64,000 nucleotides of DNA from Octopus vulgaris (taxonomy: Eukaryota), in contig OX597816.1 in NCBI GenBank assembly GCA_951406725.2, positions 156,116,001 to 156,180,000 of the forward strand, in the 5' to 3' direction. Within the stretch, counting starts at the first letter, position 1; each line of letters starts with the position of its first letter. The position numbers were made by a program, and so were the translations under genes. The notes below the pieces were generated by a model, which worked only from the letters and a program-made list of their open reading frames with translations, ran no database searches and was not told where the DNA came from. Below, in pieces: positions 54,951 through 64,000 of the stretch.

Positions 54951-55818
54951 GTGTATTTGTTTGCATAAGTGTGTGTGTATGTGTACGCAAAGATGCATTG
55001 TCTAGTAGGCGATAAGCATAATATTCAATGCAAAGCATAGGAAACGGTCGATATAGTTGCGGATTATAGTGGGGACAAATAGATAAAGATTATGTCACCT
55101 GAAACAAAGTAATTTTTAACTTTCAAGGAGTTTGGAAGAACTGTACAGAAGAAGGTTTATATGAAACGACTGAAAGTGAACGAATATTTCCGGATATTTG
55201 TCTATTATTCGATCTGTTATGCGAGCGACATGTAGAAAGCAATTTCCAGAATGTCTAGTTTGACATGACAAATGCTTTCGGGTCGGTTATACATAACCAA
55301 GTACTCAATGTGCTGGGAGATAGGGCCAGAAGGTTAAGGAAGTTAACGAAAGAGGAAGATCGTGAGTAGTAGAAGAAGAGAGAATGATTTACAAAGAGGA
55401 TGAATGTTGCAAGTCAAGCAATATGAAAAAGGACGATCGAAAATAGAATCCGTATTGGGATGTGGATACACACAGACCTACACACACACACACCGAAACA
55501 CACACACACACCTACACCGACACATACACACACAGACAGACCGACACACACACACCGGCACCGACACACACACACACATTTTGTTTGTGAGCTCAAAAAG
55601 GCATAAAAAAAGAAAGTAGCATGACTTCTTGTTGCATCACATAAAATTGTGCGCAAGCAGATTCTAGCAAATACACATCGATGACCTTACACTCTCGTTC
55701 ATATGTAGAGAGATACAAAGACGTGTCAACATCCAAGCTGGAGACTTTTTTCACTTATACAAGTATCATACTAATAAGCACAAAGCATTTCTTCCTTTTT
55801 ATACATCCATCCCCCCTC

Positions 55819-55865
<47 letters not shown>

Positions 55866-55920
55866 CCGAGGAAAACGTTCGTGCGGCGTGTTAAAATAAT
55901 GAACTGAATGGACACACACA

Positions 55921-55965
<45 letters not shown>

Positions 55966-56486
55966 TGTGTGTGTGTTTGACTGTGGGTCTGCAGGTGTCT
56001 GTGTGTGCATGTATATGCGGTAGATATAAACTTAGCTGTCAATTGAATAGGAATGAAGTTGATGGAGCAATGTTGCTATAAACAGCCACAGGATAATAAT
56101 ATCTTGCCGAATTAGCGTTCTATTGAATACTACTTTGAATGGGAAAAGTAAAAGATATAATAAAAAGGGGGAAAATTTCCTTAATACAATAGTTAGTGTA
56201 CTTTTCTCCTCTTTTGTACTATCTTTACCCACATCTACAATATGCATATCTCCATCTCTATTTCTCACACAAACACATGTTAATTCCCATATACACAAAT
56301 ACAAACATATATAGATACATACGTACATACAAGCATTCATACATACTTACATATATGTATATTTATTTATATGAACTCACCCTCGTACATACGGATGCAA
56401 GTATACCAATATACGTTTATACATACACACACACACACATATATATATATATAAATTCATACATACATATATATATATATAAATAC

Positions 56487-56544
<58 letters not shown>

Positions 56545-56978
56545 GAGCCTTCCTACATATGTACTGATACATGTAAACACACCACATACACACATTGATA
56601 TCAATGGAAATCATTCGCAACGTAACCTGTCAGTATATCTTTTATCAATACAAAACCGCTATGTTAATTATAATCTGATGGTATTATCTAATGAGATATT
56701 ACATTCCATAGATCTTTAGTAAGAGAAGACCAAAGAAAACCCGGTAATTATAGATGAAGAAATATATCTATTTTTCAAACGGTGTATCTGTCTCCAAATA
56801 AATCATAGCAATATGACTTTTAATGAATAGATGTCACTTTGAAGCAATTAAATCGCTGTGTAGCTGTCAACATTGACTTAGATTTCATATATGTATGTAT
56901 GTATGTATGTATGCATGCATATATATATATACAGACATACACACACATATACATACATACATACATACAATACATACG

Positions 56979-57049
<71 letters not shown>

Positions 57050-57599
57050 GTTTCTTCAACTATATATCGTGTTTGGTAAGATAATGAGAAATCTCAGCTG
57101 CAAATTTATGGTTCTAATGATGTCCTCTTATGTCTATTGAATTCGTATAAAATTTTACATTCTACGATGAAGTTATAATTATCCCCTCAATCACAAAGAC
57201 AAAAATGTGATCTCCAGCATCGTTAAGATATTATAGGGCAAATACGGCAGCGGTTTGCCTGAAATGTTTGTGCGTTTCACCAAATAACTAAATATATAAC
57301 ATCAATTATGTTCCCGCATGAGATCACGCGATTTCTTTTCATAAATCGAGTTTCTATTAAATGTTTAACTCTCTTAAGATTCTGCCCTGCGAAATTCTGT
57401 TCCTGTGTCAAAGGGCATTATAAACTTTTCTACATATTTTTAGCTTTCTCTTTGCATTTACGTGATGTCACACTATGGTAAGACTCCGGCTTGAGAATTC
57501 CTTCTTTCATCCGTCCTACCAATCCCCGGGTCCTTGTGACGAGGTATGGCCATACCCTTTCTGCCAAACAAACGAAAGCATGATGTATTGAAACATGAA

Positions 57600-58015
57600 A
57601 TAGCATCAAATGAAAATTTTATATGGTCGAGACAATGGAATTCACCATGTTACGCTAGACTTCACGGTCCATCATAGCATTACGGAGGTCATGTTGCTGG
57701 ATGTTTGTATCCCTGGAGATTACATCAGGGTAGGAGAGTATTCGCCCTCTGGTATCGAGAGTAGATGGCTTCCTGAGGAGAAGAGTAGAACCTACCTCGT
57801 TTTCAGCTCTACAACAATGTCCAGCAAACTGGACTCTTCTACCTTTCACAAGAGATGATACATGTGGTAGTTTTCCATATATTTGTACTTTGGTTGGATG
57901 ACGCTTCCACGAGAGATTTTGAGCTCTCATAAGGAGGCGAGTGTAAGTTCCATCCAACCGCCTCTCAAGCTTCTTTGATAACGTCCAGGTTTCTGAGCCA
58001 TATAGTAGAATTGGT
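57600..58015 (-). mobile_element. RTE/RTEX-type LINE 3' fragment
   Basis: PILLYGSETWTLSKKLERRLDGTYTRLLMRAQNLSWKRHPT..RRVQFAGHCCR..DLRNAMMDREV, a typical post-RT C-terminus. Confidence 0.88.
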
Positions 58016-59029
58016 TTATATAAGTGGAGAGATAATTATTACATTCTTATTTATTTCTTGAATGCGTGTCAAGTTAATACTTTGCTGCAAGCTTACAGCT
58101 GTGTTTTAAACCATCACTCTCATATCGTTCCAGATCAGAACCACGATCTAACATGCTAGTATGTATAACATTGCATTGTCATAATAGGTATTAATATCCA
58201 TGGGAAAATTGCTCAACCGTTCGACGTTAGCTATCTTGTCATGGATTACTGAGTACTTTAAATTTTGAGTTTTCCCGAAGTTTCTAGAAAAATTTGCTTT
58301 GCAGTTATAAGATGTTAACAAATTCAATCTCTCACTAGAGATCCCTCCCGCAGTTCCGTTGGAACTACATAACTTTGTACAGTGAGTCACTCGGCCTCTA
58401 TTGCATATTGTTCTTTATATGCTTGTGTTTTGTACGACAAAAAGTATCGTTTTAAAGTTGTAATGTTGAATTACGTACATACTCTTATTTGCACTAGTCC
58501 TAACTGTAATTCTTTCGTCCTCAATAACTATGAGGCATTTTCATAATATTTTCTATTTCGTTAGTTATCTTTTGAATATTGTTACAGTTAATCAAATATC
58601 TGTACACATTTAGGTATAAACGATATGGCTTAATAAGGAGATATGTTAACGAAAATAGGTATACGTGTTCTTATTCTTTTCTTGTCTTTGCATTTAGCGT
58701 ATTTAATATTGTGAATTACTTACGGAAAATTAAAGGCTAAAACTCATATTAAAACTTGAAGTTAGTTGTTTCTTGACGTTTGAGATCATGCAACATAAAG
58801 GAACATAACGGAGAAAAAGAATAACCAAATACGGTTCCTTTTCTTTCTTCAAGTGAGATGCAGTAGGAATCGTCGTAGATAAGCGCCTAAATTTTTAATG
58901 AAACAATAAGTGATTTTGAAACTCTGTTACCTAATAACCTATTGCAGATATAAAGTAAATAAAAATCCCGCTTTGCACAAAATTAGAATCGTCTGTTCAT
59001 AGACAAGAGGGCATTTAGCCTATAACATT

Positions 59030-59400
59030 GTCCCATGAATTAAATGATATGGACGAGAGATGCAGTAAAAGCTTGGGAAAAGCCTAGGCACGAGGGAACA
59101 TTCATATTTCCTTATAAGGAACAAAAACTCAGTAATGAACGAGAAGGTATAATGAGAAAATATTCGAGTAACAAGAAAGTGTTTTTTCGAATGACATTCA
59201 CACATCTACCACTAAAAACATTATAAATATGATTATATAATATGTGTGAAGGATGTTTTGAAATTCTGTTAATCCTTTTATTCAAAGATTCGAGAAAAGC
59301 AGGATCCATCGTTAGCAATTCTCCAATATTTGATTTAACCACGTGAATATACAACAAATATTGACGTGGCATGATATTATCTAGCGTTCATGTTTTGGTA
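59030..59400 (-). mobile_element. Possible L2-like LINE 3' remnant
   Basis: RISKHPSHILYNHIYNVFSGR loosely resembles the DPSHPLH..PSGR motif. Confidence 0.3.
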
Positions 59401-60006
59401 ACTTCAATGTTCAAAAGTCATACTTAAATAACTATATGTATGTTCGTACTCACATATACAAACAGAAGCAATACACACAGCCTTGTATTACATAAAATGT
59501 AAAGAATATGATCATTATACTCACACACACAAACACAACACATATACATCTCTCTCTATATATATGCACCTATGAGTTTATTCACATACGCACACTTATA
59601 TACACTACTTATAGCAGGAAGTAGTATGATGTAAAAATTCACCTTACATACATATATGTAGAAACACACACACACAAACATACACACACATACACACGCA
59701 CACACACGCACACACACACACACACACTCACATACACACACAAATGGTTTTTATTTAAGTACATACAAGCTTATAGAAAGGTATTCATGAACATTTGTAT
59801 AAAAGAAAATCATGCGTGTCGATACAATATGAGCTAGTTTTCTTATGTAAATTTTTGCAAACGATATTTCAGAATTCGAAATACTTTAGTAAGTTAAGAA
59901 AATCAAACTGGGAATCTCATTGATTTTTTGACATTATTAGTGACATATATTCATTGACAAACTGTCATCATAATAACTTCTCTTCATACTTCTGTTATGT
60001 TTAATC

Positions 60007-60056
<50 letters not shown>

Positions 60057-60159
60057 TACATGTACATATATGTATATATATATAAATACATATATATAAA
60101 CATATATGTATATACATATGCATATACATATATTTACATATGCACATATATTTATGTAA

Positions 60160-60215
<56 letters not shown>

Positions 60216-60781
60216 GTATGTATGTATGCATATATATGTATGTACATATATATATCTATGCATGTATGTACGTATGTATGTATGTATGTATGTATGTATG
60301 TATGTATGTATGTATGTATGTATGTATGCATGTATGTATGTATGTATGTATGTATGTATGTATGTATGTGTGCATCGATGGATGGATGTATTTATCAGGT
60401 CTCGATATTTGTGCTTCTCTATTACATAAATATATTCTTTCTTATATTTCCGACTTTTTGCCTCGGATTCTTTGATATTCTCTGTGTACTTGAATAACTG
60501 TGAATTCTTTTTGTAAAATTCCATAGCATTCTCCTTTTTTTTTAAAAAAAAAAATCAACTATGTTATTTTCGTTATGCTATCTATTGTTTTCTTTATTTT
60601 ATATTTTGTATAGTTTTTCAGTTCTACTAAAGGCCGTTGCTTAATGCAGTTACCCACATTGAACTTCTAGTTTGATTATCATTTCTTGTATATGAGATAC
60701 TATTACATATTACAAGCATCGTGATGTAAATACATACATACATACACATATACACACACACACATATATATATATATATAC

Positions 60782-60839
<58 letters not shown>

Positions 60840-60840
<1 letters not shown>

Positions 60841-61800
60841 GAAAACACTATTCACCGGCTTCGGGTTTCCGTGATCATGACAACTTCGATCCATAACAAT
60901 AAAGTTTATAAAATGTGAAAATGAGGTTATTTAGAGAGGTTTTTAGGCTAGCACTGACAGCATGTGCGATAGCAGTCATAATTCAGTAGCAGTCCAAAGT
61001 GTGTTAGGTAGGTCAGGTCCAACAAAATCAGGTTCTATATATGCCTATTTCACCGTGGAAGTACTAGTGGAGGATTCCACCAATTTTCAACCGAGTTATA
61101 CTTAGAAAGGTATTCCTTTATACAAATGAAGGCTTAGGAGAAACTCAGTTCAACAACATATATATTGTTGTATGTCACATTGGTCTCACAGATTAACTCC
61201 ACTCATTTCTTGATGGTAAAATCTATATGGATAAATTGGCACGATGATGCTTCATCCATTCCACATATGAGATGCTTAGTCAGATGGAATGTATGGTTGT
61301 ATTCTTGAGATGCTAACACATGCAATCACTTATATTTCTATGGAGGCCCATAAAATTTATGACAGAAAATATAGTCTATGATTGCTAGCATTGTTAGCAC
61401 CTCAGGCAGGGCAGAGAGGTGTCCCAATGATATGGTCATGGGTATTTTCGTCTTTCATGGCCATAAAATGGAGCGATTTCATTGGTGATTGCTTCAAAAT
61501 TGATAGCTGTGTGCCTGCCAGTCTGTATGATGTTACACCACATTATGAGTACAAACGATTTATTCAATAAATTTGCCCATTGTTCTCTGTATGTATCACG
61601 ATAGCGCAACTGTTTACATTGGGCATTATTCTCTACATATTTACCCAAACCTTGTTCGCTTGCTTCTTGGTTTCTTCTGTTTAGCCTGATCTCTCATCTT
61701 CCCAAACACATTAGTGTTCCACATTTAAATGCCTTCACCTCTTAGATTCAATTGGACAAAACGGGAGATTCTATATGCATTGTAAATGTTTTCAGGTGCG
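60840..61800 (-). mobile_element. Possible decayed LINE 3' region
   Basis: Coding-like broken frames with a knuckle-like GTPLCPA*G...H fragment. Weak. Confidence 0.25.
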
Positions 61801-62200
61801 AACACATTTGAGCTATATCTCGTACTATACTCGTAACTGCAAAGTTTATAACTTCACGGATCGATTCGATCATTTATTTCGGAAGCACTCCTATTCCATC
61901 AACAAAATCAGATTTTCCCTATGATAATTATTATATTTAATATGCTTTCAAATTTAGCAACTGATTTGGACCCTATTTTATAATTAGCTTTCAACTTTCT
62001 CTTAAAAGACTAAAATTATGAATTCCCGATTGCGTTTAAATCTGGCGAATTACTCAGAAAATGCATCATTACTGTTCTATTTACTTTCGTTTTCTTTTTC
62101 CGGTTTGTTTATAATTTAGGGTGTTGCTAATGGATAAAAAGTTATGAAAATGCATACTTTCACACACATGCACATACACATACGCGCGCGCACACACACA

Positions 62201-62278
<78 letters not shown>

Positions 62279-62296
62279 CACAATCTTCATATGCAT

Positions 62297-62348
<52 letters not shown>

Positions 62349-63634
62349 GTATATATCATGCATACTCCTAAACACATACAATGTACATATGCAGTCACAC
62401 ACACACACACGCACACACACATACACGCATATATATACATAGAGAAATTATGGAAAATATTCCTTGCACAAACCTTGCCCTGTCAACCATTTCAAAATAT
62501 GAATGTCAGTAGGTATATTTTGAAATGTTTAACTGAAGGGAATTATAATGTAAGAACTGTCTTAGGTAACTACACGTAACATGTGTTCTAAATGCATTCA
62601 GAATATCCTGATATCAACATTTCTTTTTATCTCTATTCTAGTTTCAGATGACTGATTCTATACCTATCTACTGTGTCTCAATTTTAGCAGAATGGGAATA
62701 TGAGAGTGGAATGTTTCAACCGAACCACAGTTGATAAATTCTTGTATGCAGTATTTTAAATATGATATACGTACGGATTATTGAAATTTGTATAGTAAAA
62801 TTCCAACCACAAAAAATGCTGAAACCGCAATATTCGAACCCTTTGCAATCATTTACGATAATGTAAAATTGAGCTGCGACCATTCAATAATGCTATCATT
62901 TGTAAGCTGCCTGGGCTTTGTTCTCTCATTTAATTTAACTCAAACACACACACGCGCTCGCACACACACGCACACACACATATATGTAAGTATGTATAAA
63001 TATAGTTATATACATATATATTGAATCACACACACACATATGTGTGTCTGTGTTCCTATACTTTTGTATGTGAATATATATACACGTTCTTTATCTGTAT
63101 ACATGTATTTCACACACACACACATATGAATATGTGTGTGTATGTCTATATATATGTGTGTGTGTATACGCCTATGTCTGAATAAATGTGATATACATAT
63201 ATATGTATGCGTATATGCTTAATATGTTCGCGCGCGCACGCACACACACACAAATATCTATGTATGTATGGATGTGTGCATGTATGTATGTATTCATGTG
63301 CACGCATCTGAGTTAGCATGTAAATGAAGCTTGGGATAATTAAAATTTTAATTACCTAAACTAAATCTACTCGATTTACCGATATGGAAAATTGAGTAGA
63401 AATTCTAAGATTGTATCGACAATGTTTCGAGAAAGTAATTTAATAGGGAAGTTTTTCTCAGAGAATATCTCGGGATCTTAAGTAATTTTTTCAAGTAGGA
63501 TTCATTATGGTGTTGTGGGAAAAATTGCGACTGATGCTGGTATATCTCACAAGTAACTTGAAAGCATTAAAAACACATAGTTCATGCCAGTAAACCAATA
63601 GATAAACATCATTACGCTGGTAATAAGTAACACT

Positions 63635-63750
<116 letters not shown>

Positions 63751-64000
63751 ATATATACATATGTGTGTGTGTATTCGCTAGTAAAGTGGACAATCATAGT
63801 TAAGGATAAGTTGAAATTTATAGTGGTACAAAACAGCTTCTAGTTAGCATTGCAGGAGCATGACAGATATAGCAACCAAATTTTCTTTAAATCACATCAT
63901 GTCTTAAATTCCAACTAGCGCATTTTATAATGTAGTCTTGGATAATATATATCCGAGAAGCGGAATGACTGGCCCCAGTTGGAACATCTTTGCTAATAGG

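Noticed and set aside
55092-55115. Minus-strand tttgtttcag|gtgaca acceptor or ratchet-like motif
   Set aside because: Short tract, weak donor and no convincing exon frame.

Overview
AT-rich eukaryotic genomic DNA, dense in microsatellites and transposable elements. The repeat landscape looks like an octopus/coleoid cephalopod genome (inferred from the SINE families and microsatellite pattern, not searched). I found no intact host protein-coding gene; almost all ORFs in the supplied track are (TA)n/(CA)n/(AAT)n translation artefacts. Recognisable content is decayed LINEs (RTE, R4/Dong-like, HERO/NeSL-like, CR1), decayed DNA transposons (two mariners, a maT-like element, pogo/Tigger), many tRNA-derived SINEs, and several palindromes. 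The main observations are: (1) a 7.8-kb inverted-repeat structure (23817-31626) whose arms are a mosaic of a 1463/1464-bp apparently identical block, a ~220-bp strongly diverged but colinear block, and a 91-bp identical block; (2) a strong minus-strand recursive-splice (ratchet point) motif at 29482-29507 inside its loop, with a 64-nt candidate RS-exon, suggesting the window lies in a very long intron; (3) three Penelope-type minimal hammerhead-like cores; (4) an element family inserted into (AAT)n tracts. All alignments and translations were done by eye.
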